Shown here: positions 9,064 to 17,494 of the stretch, piece by piece
Layout: each line of letters starts with the position of its first letter
Position numbering within the stretch: position 1 is the first letter of the stretch
Assembly: GCA_034521595.1 (NCBI GenBank)
Contig: JAXHMG010000003.1
Location: 2,240,001 to 2,304,000 of the forward strand
Source: Gemmatimonadota bacterium
GTDB taxonomy: Bacteria; Gemmatimonadota; Gemmatimonadetes; Longimicrobiales; Gaopeijiaceae
Length of the DNA: 64,000 nt
Direction: 5' to 3'
Made by a program: the position numbers and the translations under genes
Notes under the pieces: model-generated
The model's database searches: none
Told to the model about the DNA's origin: nothing
The model's input: the letters and a program-made list of their open reading frames with translations, nothing else

Positions 9064-10599
9064 TCACGTCAACCGCCGCCAGAGCCGAAAATACTGATTG
9101 AACGCCCACGAGACGCGCTCCGTGAGCCGCGATCTCCGGCGGGCATCGGCCGCCTTGCGTAGGGACTCCGCGATGGTCGGGTACGGGAAGACCACATCGC
9201 TGAGCGAATCGAGTCCGACTCCGAGCGTCATGAGCTGAGAGATCTGGCCGATCAGCTCTCCTCCGTGTGGATGAACGACGGTCGCCCCGACGATTCGGTC
9301 CTTTCCCGCTTCGAGGTGGATGCGCACGAAGCCGTCCTCGTCCCCGTCGAGCCTCGCCCGGTCGACGTCGGCGAAGTCGATGGTGACGGTCTCGATCTCC
9401 ACGCCTTTGTCGGCGGCTTCCGCCTCGGAGAGTCCCACGCGAGCGAGCTCCGGGCTCGTGTAGGTGGCCCACGGGATGGTGAGCTCCGTGGACTTGCCCC
9501 GGCCGAAGAAGAGCGCGTTGCGCACCGCGAGGCGTGCCTGGGCGTCGGCGGCGTGGGTGAACTGGAACGGTGACGCGACGTCGCCGACCGCGTACACCCG
9601 CGGATTGGTGGTACGGAGCCGCGCGTCCACCTCGACACCCCGACGACCGAACGCGATCCCCGCGGCGTCGAGATCGAGGTCCAGATTCGGGGTCCGCCCG
9701 AGCGCGAGCAGCACCTCGTCTCCCTCCAACGTACGCCGCCCTCCTTCGGACTCGACGAGCACGCGCTTCCCGCCGCCCTCGCCCGAGCTGGCCTCGACGA
9801 CCTTCGTGCGGCCGAGGAACTCGACGCCGTCACGCTCCATGGCGCGCTGCACGACCCGGGCCGCATCCGGCTCCTCGCGCGGAAGCACGTGCTCCTCCAT
9901 GTCGAGGAGCACCACCGAGCTCCCGAAGCGGGCGAAGGCCTGCGCGAGCTCGCACCCGATGGCCCCCGCGCCGAGAACGAGCATGCGCTCGGGCACCTCG
10001 TCGAGGTCGAACACGGTCTCGTTCGTCAGGAAGTCGATCGTCTCGAGCCCCGCGATGGGTGGAACCATCGCCCGGGCTCCCGTGGCGAGCACGGCTCTGC
10101 GGAACGGCAACCGATGTCCGTCCACCGAAACGGAGCGATCCGAATCGAAGCGCGCTTCACCCAGGAAAACGTCGATGCCGAGCGATCGGAACCGCTCGGC
10201 TGCGTCGACGTCGCTGATCGCCGCTCGGATCTCGCGCATGCGACCCACGGCCGTGGCGTAGTCCTCGTCCCCGCGTGCCAGCGGTCCGCCGAACCGCTCG
10301 TGAGAGGAATGAGCCTCGGCCCAGGAGCGGCTCGCGCGCAGCAAGCCCTTCGAGGGCACACAACCGACGTTGAGACAGTCGCCGCCCATACGGTCGCGCT
10401 CGACGAGAGCCACTCGGGCACCCAATCCGGCCCCGATGGCAGCGCTCACGAGCCCGGCCGTGCCCGCGCCCACCACCACGAGGTCATACCGGTCCCGCGG
10501 CTCGGGATTGACCCAGTCGTGCGGACGAACGTTGTCCAACAGATCGCGGTCGTGATCGTGCGCGACCGAGCTCGCAACACCCGCTGCGTCGGCGTTCAT
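9064..10599 (-). CDS. FAD-dependent pyridine nucleotide-disulfide oxidoreductase (MerA/LpdA-like, without MerA metal-binding cysteines)
   Basis: GAGTAG, GGDCLNVGCVPSK, GAGAIG, YAVGD, PYPT. The real start MNADAAG at 10599 overlaps the upstream stop (ATGA). Confidence 0.88.
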   Translation of the reverse strand: MNADAAGVASSVAHDHDRDLLDNVRPHDWVNPEPRDRYDLVVVGAGTAGLVSAAIGAGLGARVALVERDRMGGDCLNVGCVPSKGLLRASRSWAEAHSSHERFGGPLARGDEDYATAVGRMREIRAAISDVDAAERFRSLGIDVFLGEARFDSDRSVSVDGHRLPFRRAVLATGARAMVPPIAGLETIDFLTNETVFDLDEVPERMLVLGAGAIGCELAQAFARFGSSVVLLDMEEHVLPREEPDAARVVQRAMERDGVEFLGRTKVVEASSGEGGGKRVLVESEGGRRTLEGDEVLLALGRTPNLDLDLDAAGIAFGRRGVEVDARLRTTNPRVYAVGDVASPFQFTHAADAQARLAVRNALFFGRGKSTELTIPWATYTSPELARVGLSEAEAADKGVEIETVTIDFADVDRARLDGDEDGFVRIHLEAGKDRIVGATVVHPHGGELIGQISQLMTLGVGLDSLSDVVFPYPTIAESLRKAADARRRSRLTERVSWAFNQYFRLWRRLT

Positions 10600-11351
10600 C
10601 GGTACTCCGGGTTCGGATGATCGAAACGGCACCCGGCCTCCCAGGCCGAACGCTGATTCCCGTGCGCCGGGATCCCACCTCGTTCCCGTAGCATGAGCGC
10701 CATATGCATCAGGTTCCAGGTCATGAAGGTCGTGTTCCTGTTGGTGAACTCGTTCTCCGGCCCCCCCGACTCCGGGTCGAGATAGGACGGGCCGGGGCCG
10801 GCTTCTCCGATCCAACCGGCGTCGGCCTGAGGAGGTATCACGTAGCCGAGGTGCTGCAACGAGTAGAGGATATTCATCGCGCAGTGCTTGACTCCGTCTT
10901 CGTTTCCGGTGACGAGGCAGCCCGCGACTCGACCGTAGTAGGCATACTGTCCGTGCTCGTTGAGGACGCCCGAGTAGCCGTAGAGCCGCTCGATCACCTT
11001 GCTGCAGACGGACGACTTCTCCCCGAGCCAGATGGGCGTGCCCAGCACCAGGATGTCGGCCGCCATGACCTTCTCTTGAAGCGTGGGCCACGCGTCGCGC
11101 GCCCAACCGTGCTCGGTCATGTCCGGGTAGACGCCGTACGCGATTTCGTGGTCCACGGCGCGTAGAACCTCCACCTCCACCCCTTGCTTGGCCATGATCG
11201 CCCCGGCCGTGTCGATGAGGCCGCGCGTATGGGACGTTCCGGGCGATGGCTTCAGCGTGCAGTTGATGAACAACGCGCGCAGCCCCGAAAAGTCGAGGTC
11301 GTGCGAAGTATGGTCCGAACGGGGCGTTGAAGTGTCTTGGCCACGACTCAT
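10596..11351 (-). CDS. Flavodoxin-like NAD(P)H-dependent FMN reductase family protein
   Basis: FINCTLKPSPGTSHT, ADILVLGTPIWLG, TGNEDG. Confidence 0.85.
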   Translation of the reverse strand: MSRGQDTSTPRSDHTSHDLDFSGLRALFINCTLKPSPGTSHTRGLIDTAGAIMAKQGVEVEVLRAVDHEIAYGVYPDMTEHGWARDAWPTLQEKVMAADILVLGTPIWLGEKSSVCSKVIERLYGYSGVLNEHGQYAYYGRVAGCLVTGNEDGVKHCAMNILYSLQHLGYVIPPQADAGWIGEAGPGPSYLDPESGGPENEFTNRNTTFMTWNLMHMALMLRERGGIPAHGNQRSAWEAGCRFDHPNPEYR

Positions 11352-11412
11352 GGCTGTTTCCTGTCTCGCAGTGGAATGGGACGAGCGACACCGTGCGGCG
11401 CGCCCACGGATG

Positions 11413-11439
11413 AACCGCCGGAGAGGCGTCCGGAGTTCC
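11413..11439 (-). promoter_or_regulatory. SigH/SigR-like ECF promoter of the flavodoxin / MerA-like / CDP-transferase operon
   Basis: Minus strand GGAAC (11439-11435), N19, GTT (11415-11413). Confidence 0.45.
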
Positions 11440-11502
11440 CCGACCCGACACGGGACGTCGCGAAGCTACCCGGCGGCCCGAGCCTCCGACGGCCGAGCTC
11501 CG

Positions 11503-11528
11503 GGAACCCGTCATGCGCTCAGCCGGTT
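11503..11528 (+). promoter_or_regulatory. SigH/SigR-like ECF promoter of the second DUF3179 operon
   Basis: GGAAC (11503-11507), N18, GTT (11526-11528); same GGGAACCC context as the site at 1854. Confidence 0.6.
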
Positions 11529-11594
11529 GGACGATCACAGCACACGGCGATCTCGAATCGCCAAGCATCCTCGCCCAGCCGGAGTCCAGCTTCC

Positions 11595-12707
11595 ATGCAC
11601 GAGCATCGTAGAACCCCGAAGGCCGCGCTCATTGCGACCGGCATCGTCATCGGACTCGGCGCCTGTTCCAGCGAGCCGGCGGTCAGGCCCTCCGGGTCTT
11701 CCCAGGCCCTCGAAGATCTGTCGTGTAGCGTTCCGGAATCGGAGATCTTCGTGGGCGCGTTCAGGGACGGCATCCCGGCGCTCACGGATCCCGAGATGCA
11801 GCTACCCGGATTCGAGGAAACGAGTCTCTGGCAAGATGACGACCGGGTGGTCGGAATGGTCCTCGGTGATCAGCCGATTGCCGTACCGCTCAACATCTTC
11901 TGGTGGCACGAGATCGTGAACCTCGACATGGATGGCTATTCGGTCGCGATCACGCACTGTCCGCTCACCGGTTCGAGTCTCGCATTCGACCGGGAACCTC
12001 AGGGCGGGGTCGAGTTCGGTGTGTCCGGACTTCTGTTCCGTAACAACCTCATGATGTACGACCGGACGGGCGAGAACGAATCGCTCTGGCCCCAGATGTC
12101 CCGCGGTGCGCGCTGCGGCCCGAAGGACGGCCAGGGGCTGGACATGCTCCCGGTCGTGGAGATGACCTACGGCAAGTGGCGGCGCATACACCCGAACACG
12201 CTCGTGGTCACGTCCGAAACCGGCTGGGATAGGGACTACTCATCGAACGGCTATCCGTACCGCGGATACGACGACCGATCGAATCCAGAGCTCCTCTTCC
12301 CGATCTCCGGAGACATCGACACACGCTTCCCACCCAAAGCCAGGGTGCTGGGCGTGCCTGAAGGCACCGGGGGCACGGCGTTTCTCTACTCCGAGCTGAA
12401 CCGCCTGGGAGACCGAGCGGTCGTAACCATGGAATCCGCGAACGAAGACTACGTCGTCTTCTGGGACGAAGAGGCGTGGGGCGCCATGGCATACCATCCG
12501 ACGGTCGACGGACAGCCTCTGACGTTCGAGGTCAGGAGCGAGAAGATCGTCGACGAAGAGACCGGCTCCACCTGGAACATGTCTGGACAGGCGACCGGCG
12601 GCGAGCTCGCCGGAAGTCGGCTCGAGCCGATCGACGAGGCGTACGTCGCCTTCTGGTTCGCATGGCCGCTGTTCCAACCCGACATTCAAGTATGGAGCGC
12701 ATCATGA
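11595..12707 (+). CDS. DUF3179 domain lipoprotein (second paralog, CxxT)
   Basis: Lipobox GLGAC; DGIPALTDP, WWHEIVN, THCPLTGS, LMMYDR, FWFAW. Confidence 0.85.
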   Translation: MHEHRRTPKAALIATGIVIGLGACSSEPAVRPSGSSQALEDLSCSVPESEIFVGAFRDGIPALTDPEMQLPGFEETSLWQDDDRVVGMVLGDQPIAVPLNIFWWHEIVNLDMDGYSVAITHCPLTGSSLAFDREPQGGVEFGVSGLLFRNNLMMYDRTGENESLWPQMSRGARCGPKDGQGLDMLPVVEMTYGKWRRIHPNTLVVTSETGWDRDYSSNGYPYRGYDDRSNPELLFPISGDIDTRFPPKARVLGVPEGTGGTAFLYSELNRLGDRAVVTMESANEDYVVFWDEEAWGAMAYHPTVDGQPLTFEVRSEKIVDEETGSTWNMSGQATGGELAGSRLEPIDEAYVAFWFAWPLFQPDIQVWSAS

Positions 12708-13615
12708 GCAAGAAGCTTGGCAACCGGTTCACCATCGCTGCGAGCATCGTCGCGGCCGCGGCACTCTTCCCGACCACGACCGAGGCCCAAGCGATCTGCA
12801 GCGCACCGCACTCGTCACCCACGCTGAGCGAGAGCGCCTCGATACGGACGTTGCCGTCCGGGGAGGGCTGGGTTCAACTCTCGACATCCTTCACCACGGC
12901 GACGGAATCGTTCAATCCGACCGGGGACCGCCAGGACTTCCTCGGTGGCTCGACGTTCGACACCCGGTCGGCCTTCCTCACCGCCTCGTACGGTGTGACG
13001 CGCGGATTGGAGATTTGGGGCCAGGTCCCGGTTCACCGTCTTCGCACGGAAGGGGGTAACGGAGGTGTGAGCCGCTCCACGGGGCTCGGTGACATCCGGA
13101 CGGCGGTCCGCGTGAGCCCGGCCCTGGTCGGAGTCGAAGCCCCCGTCGCCCTCCGGCTCGGATACAAGCAACCCGGAAGCGACTTCCCGATCGACGCGAC
13201 GGAGCTGCCCCTTACCGAGGGTCAACGCGATGTCGAGGTGAGCGTCGAATCGGGGTGGGCACCGGTTGAGTCGCCCTTCTACGTGTCGGGTTGGGCCGGG
13301 TACCGCTGGCGATCCGAGAACACGGACACCGAGCACCAGCCCGGAGACGAGGTCTTCGCGCACCTGGCCATAGGCGGCACGCTCGGCGTGCTGGGTTGGG
13401 AGCTCGGCGTGGACGGCCTCTGGGGCGGAACTCCCGTGGATCAGGGCCTCCGGCTCTCGAGCCAGGACCGCCAGTTGATACAGATCGTGCCCACGATCGC
13501 CTCGTTCGTCGGGCCGGGGAATCTCGAGATCACGGCTCCGATCCCGGTGTCGGGCCGCAACCTTCCAGCCAGCTACGGGCTGAGCGTCGGATACCGTATC
13601 GGCTGGGGACGGTGA
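12704..13615 (+). CDS. Putative outer-membrane beta-barrel (transporter / MetA-pathway-like)
   Basis: Signal peptide ending AQA; GLGDI motif; alternating amphipathic strands; C-terminal LSVGYRIGW. Confidence 0.6.
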   Translation: MSKKLGNRFTIAASIVAAAALFPTTTEAQAICSAPHSSPTLSESASIRTLPSGEGWVQLSTSFTTATESFNPTGDRQDFLGGSTFDTRSAFLTASYGVTRGLEIWGQVPVHRLRTEGGNGGVSRSTGLGDIRTAVRVSPALVGVEAPVALRLGYKQPGSDFPIDATELPLTEGQRDVEVSVESGWAPVESPFYVSGWAGYRWRSENTDTEHQPGDEVFAHLAIGGTLGVLGWELGVDGLWGGTPVDQGLRLSSQDRQLIQIVPTIASFVGPGNLEITAPIPVSGRNLPASYGLSVGYRIGWGR

Positions 13616-13622
13616 CGAAACG

Positions 13623-14271
13623 ATGAGCGAACGGACCCACACCCACCCTTCTGTCGGCAGGATCCCGGGAGTCGTTGCGCTCCTGGGCGTCCTGTTGCTC
13701 GGGGGGACGACCGTCGGCACGGCGCAGGAGCAGGAGGCGCATCTGGACGGAATCGGACACGAGCTCGGTGATCCCGAGGCGCCAGTCGTTCGTCGTCGAG
13801 TACGGCGACTTCGCCTGTGGGGCTTGTGCCCAGTTCGTCGCCGGAGCTTGGCCCGAGATCCGGGAAAAGTTCATCGAGACCGGCAAGGTCCGCTGGAAGA
13901 CCGTCCCCTTCGAGCTCGGCTTTCCGAACAGCGGAGAAGGAGCGCATGCCGGCGAGTGCGCGGCCGCCCAGGGAATGTTCTGGGAGATGCACGACGCGCT
14001 CTACGAACAGAGAGAGATGTGGGTGGGCGAGCGCGATCCCGAGGACGAGTTGGTTGATTTGGCGGGAACGACGGGGCTCGACGAAGCGCTGTTCCGCAAA
14101 TGTTACCAAGACGAGCACTACGAGGACCGCATCGACGCAGCCAACGACGCGGCGGACACCGACGGAGTCCGGGGAACCCCGACGTTCTACATCAACGGGT
14201 TCCAGGTCCAAGGAGCGCTTCCCATCGACGCCTTCCGAACCTTGCTCGAAGATGCGTCTCCCCGACGCTGA
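13623..14271 (+). CDS. DsbA/BdbD-like thiol-disulfide oxidoreductase; apparent +1 frameshift at ~13790
   Basis: Signal peptide plus LGDPEAPV in one frame joins VVEYGDFACGAC...FWEMHDALY...GVRGTPTFYING in the next. Confidence 0.85.
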
Positions 14272-14665
14272 CGGATCCGCCGGCGCGACCAGCCGGAGCC
14301 GGCCCGCGCTCGCGGCACTGGCGCTGGGGCTCACCGTGCTGGCCTGCTCGAACGGGGCCACGGCGCCACCTCCGGACGGAGGGGCGGATCTCGATGAGGG
14401 AGAGGCCGCTACCCGGGTCGAGGTCATGACCGTCACGGCCGGGGCGGACGGCTCCGCCTCCGTCGGCCTTCCGGAGCATCTGGGCACATCGGAAGCTCCA
14501 CCGAACGTCGTCTGCAGCTATACGCCGGATGGGAAGAAATGGTGGATCGCGTTCGGCGATACTGCCTGTCGCCTCGAACCGGCGGGAGACGGGACGTTGC
14601 GAGTCACGATCGAGGGACTTTCCGAAGGATGGTCGATCCGGATCGAGGTACATCCGCCCGGTTGA
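14252..14665 (+). CDS. Hypothetical lipoprotein
   Basis: Hydrophobic stretch with lipobox VLAC; overlaps the DsbA stop; small beta-rich domain with two more Cys. Confidence 0.55.
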   Translation: MRLPDADGSAGATSRSRPALAALALGLTVLACSNGATAPPPDGGADLDEGEAATRVEVMTVTAGADGSASVGLPEHLGTSEAPPNVVCSYTPDGKKWWIAFGDTACRLEPAGDGTLRVTIEGLSEGWSIRIEVHPPG

Positions 14666-14702
14666 CGATGTCGGCGGGCGCCGACCCCGCTACGGCGTCT
14701 AG

Positions 14703-14930
14703 CAGCCGCGTGCCGGAATCGAACTCGGGGGCAACGTCGCGTTCATCCACAACCAGCTCGACCTCCCGAGGGGCGATGCCGATCTGGAGGAGGTACTCCT
14801 CGGACGCCGCCAGCTCGAGACCAACTTTCAGGCCGGTCTCAGCCTCGGGTTCCGCTACCGCTTCGGCTCGATCTACAACAACATCGCGAACACGCGCTTC
14901 GGCGGAGGTGGGTCGCAGGATCGGTTCTGA
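14703..14930 (+). pseudogene. C-terminal remnant of an outer-membrane beta-barrel protein (no start codon)
   Basis: Manual translation after TAG 14700: ...GIELGGNVAFIHNQLDLPRGDADLEEVLLGRRQLETNFQAGLSLGFRYRFGSIYNNIANTRFGGGGSQDRF*, with gene-like codon usage. Confidence 0.6.
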
Positions 14931-15108
14931 GGCCGCGAACGCTTAGCCATCGAAACGGTCGTGGAGGTAGGTGACGACGGAAACCGGGACCCGAGAGGAT
15001 GAACCGTCGAGAGCCCCGGTTGCGCACGGGCAATCCGTTTCGTCCATTGCGTACCGGCCGCCTCGGCAGCCCTCGCATCCAAGCCTCCCGCTCACGGAGT
15101 GACCGCGC

Positions 15109-15489
15109 ATGAGACCGATGACCTCGATTCTGGCCGTGACCGCCCTGTTCTTCGCCACCGATGATGTTCAGGCGCAGGAGGCGCACGCGAGCGACTACGA
15201 GGCCGAGCTTCGGGAGATGGTCGCCGAGCCCGATCCGGCCGAGCGGGACCGCGAGGTGGTTCGCGACTTCCTGGACCGCTCCGACGTGGCCGACGTCGTC
15301 GCGGAGCACGGGCTCGACCGGGAGCGACTCGAGGCCGGTGTGAGCACCCTCGATGCGGACGCCGCTGCCGATCTCGCCCGCCAGGTACGGAGCATGGGCG
15401 AGGAAGCCGAGCTGGTCGGCGGCAACACCGTCGTGCTGTCCACGAGCACCATCGTCATCATCCTCCTGATCCTCATTCTCGTGACGTGA
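15109..15489 (+). CDS. PA2779-like exported precursor with Gly-Gly motif and hydrophobic C-terminal peptide
   Basis: Signal peptide (VQA/Q), helical acidic body (VRDFLDRSDV...GLD...VSTLD...LARQV), then ELVGG-NTVVLSTSTIVIILLILILVT. Confidence 0.7.
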   Translation: MRPMTSILAVTALFFATDDVQAQEAHASDYEAELREMVAEPDPAERDREVVRDFLDRSDVADVVAEHGLDRERLEAGVSTLDADAAADLARQVRSMGEEAELVGGNTVVLSTSTIVIILLILILVT

Positions 15490-17453
15490 CCGCAGCCGCC
15501 ATCGCCGTCCTGCTGGGCCTTTCGAGTGCCGGACAGCCGGCATGGACGGACGCGCCGGCAGCCGATCACCCCGACGGCGTGGACATCGAGGTGCCGTTCG
15601 TGGCCCAGGGTCCGCTCCTCTGCGGCGGCGCGGCGGCGGCGATGGTGGAACGGTTCTGGGGCGTCCGGGGCGTGTACGGGGAAGACTTCCGCCATCTCGT
15701 CCGGGAGGACGAGGGAGGGATCCGGGCGTCGGAGCTGACCACGGCGCTGGAGCAGCGCGGGTACGACGTGCACGTCTCGCAGGCACGGCCGGACCGGATC
15801 CTGGCGGGGCTGGAAGACGGGATCCCGCCGATCCTCCTTCTGGAGTCGGGCGCCACCCGTCTGCACTACGTCGTTCTCGTAGGGCTGGACGACGAGGTCG
15901 CCTGGATCCACGACCCGAACTTCGGGCCCTCGCAGGAGATCGCGCGGGACGAGCTGCTCCGGCGTTGGCGTGCGTCCGGGTTCTGGGCCGCCCACGTGGT
16001 GCCGTCGCGCTCGGCGCCCGACGAAACGGACCCGTCACGCCCGTCACCTCGCGCCCGAAGCCTGGACCCACTCGCGGACGCCGCGGCCGAATCGGCCATG
16101 GAGCGGATCCGCTCCGGCGATTTCGAAGAGGCACGCGCCACGGCCGGCACGCTGATGTCGGCGGGGGAGGACGAGGCCGCGCTCGGCCGGCGCCTGCGGG
16201 CCACCGCCTGGTTTCTGGAAGGGGAGCGGACCCGCGCCCTGGAAGAGTGGAACGTCCTGGGCGAGCCCACCCTGGATCTGGTGCGTATTCGCGGGATGGA
16301 GCACACCCGCTACCAGGTCGCCGAGCGCCGCTTGTCGCTCGAGTACGGCGACGTGCTCACCCCCGCGTCCCTCGCATTGGCACGGCGCCGGCTCGAGGCT
16401 CTCCCATCCGTCGCGGCGTCCCGCGTCGACTACCGTCCCGTGGTGGACGGCACGGTGGAGATCGACGCAGCCGTCCTGGAGCGCGCTCGCGTGCCCGGAT
16501 ACGCGACGTTGGCGGCCCAGGTGCCGCGGGGACTTCTGAACCAGCGGACAGCCCTCGAGGTCGGGCCTCTGCTGGCCGGAGGCGACCGCTGGCGGGTCTC
16601 CGGAAGCTGGGCGCCCGCACAACGTTACGTCGGAGGATCGATGTCCGCTCCGGCCCCTCCGTTGCCCGGGATCGCGGCCGTGCGCATGGAGTGGCGCCGG
16701 GAGCGGTTCGCGACCTCGGGTGGCGGGGCGAGCTCGCCCACGGAGACGGAGTATCGGTTTCGGGGCGCGCTGGAGCTCCAGGAGTGGATGCATCGTCGTC
16801 TGCGTCTCGGCGCGAGCCTGGCCCTCGAATCCTGGGACGTCCCGGCCTGGACCGTGGATGCCGCGCACGCTCCGCTGCGTCTCCTGAACGCGGGACTCCA
16901 GGCCACCGTGGCGAATCCCGACGGCCCCACGTGGCTCACCGCGCGGGGAGAGGGCTGGATGGGCTCCGGACATTCGTTCGCTCGGACGAGCCTGGAGGCT
17001 GGGACGAGCGTTCCGCAGGGTGCGCGGCGGGAGTGGCGCCTCCGTGCGGGCGGGACCGCGGTGACCCGCCGGGCGCCGCGCATGATCTGGCCGGGCGCAG
17101 GAGCCGGTCGTACGCGCGCCCCTCTGCTCCGCGCGCACCGCCTGATCGAGGACGACGTGATCCAGGGACCGGCGTTCGGGCGAGCGCTTCTGCACGCGAC
17201 CGCCGAGCACCGGATCTTCGGCCGGGTCGGCCCCGTCCGCATGGGCGGGAGCCTGTTCGTCGATGCCGTCCACGCGGGATCTCGGGCACACGGAGCCGAC
17301 AGTCGGGGCTTCGTAGACGTCGGCCTGGGAGTCTTCGTCGATGCGGGATCCGACGAGGTCACGGTGAGCCTCGCGCGGGGCTCCTCGGGATGGCACCTCT
17401 CCGCACAGGTCGAGGAACGATTTCCAACGGGACTCGGCCCGCAGCCGAACTGA
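15486..17453 (+). CDS. C39-like cysteine peptidase fused to TPR-like, POTRA-like and Omp85-like beta-barrel regions
   Basis: VPFVAQGPLLCGGAAAAMV (Gln/Cys), LHYVVLVG (His), IHDPN (Asp); POTRA-like VRIRGMEHTR...LARRRLEALP...VLER; barrel-like LLRAH and LFVDA...VGLGV. GTGA overlap with the precursor gene. Confidence 0.75.
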   Translation: MTAAAIAVLLGLSSAGQPAWTDAPAADHPDGVDIEVPFVAQGPLLCGGAAAAMVERFWGVRGVYGEDFRHLVREDEGGIRASELTTALEQRGYDVHVSQARPDRILAGLEDGIPPILLLESGATRLHYVVLVGLDDEVAWIHDPNFGPSQEIARDELLRRWRASGFWAAHVVPSRSAPDETDPSRPSPRARSLDPLADAAAESAMERIRSGDFEEARATAGTLMSAGEDEAALGRRLRATAWFLEGERTRALEEWNVLGEPTLDLVRIRGMEHTRYQVAERRLSLEYGDVLTPASLALARRRLEALPSVAASRVDYRPVVDGTVEIDAAVLERARVPGYATLAAQVPRGLLNQRTALEVGPLLAGGDRWRVSGSWAPAQRYVGGSMSAPAPPLPGIAAVRMEWRRERFATSGGGASSPTETEYRFRGALELQEWMHRRLRLGASLALESWDVPAWTVDAAHAPLRLLNAGLQATVANPDGPTWLTARGEGWMGSGHSFARTSLEAGTSVPQGARREWRLRAGGTAVTRRAPRMIWPGAGAGRTRAPLLRAHRLIEDDVIQGPAFGRALLHATAEHRIFGRVGPVRMGGSLFVDAVHAGSRAHGADSRGFVDVGLGVFVDAGSDEVTVSLARGSSGWHLSAQVEERFPTGLGPQPN

Positions 17454-17494
17454 CACGGGATCCTCCTTCGGTCGCTTGGCTCGGCCTCGGGCTG

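Noticed and set aside
9064-10599. Calling the gene merA / mercury resistance
   Set aside because: It lacks the C-terminal Cys pair and metal-binding domain, and no mer operon is present.
10600-11568. N-terminal extension making the flavoprotein 834 aa
   Set aside because: It overlaps the flavodoxin-like gene in another frame; the ATGA-coupled start at 10599 is more plausible.
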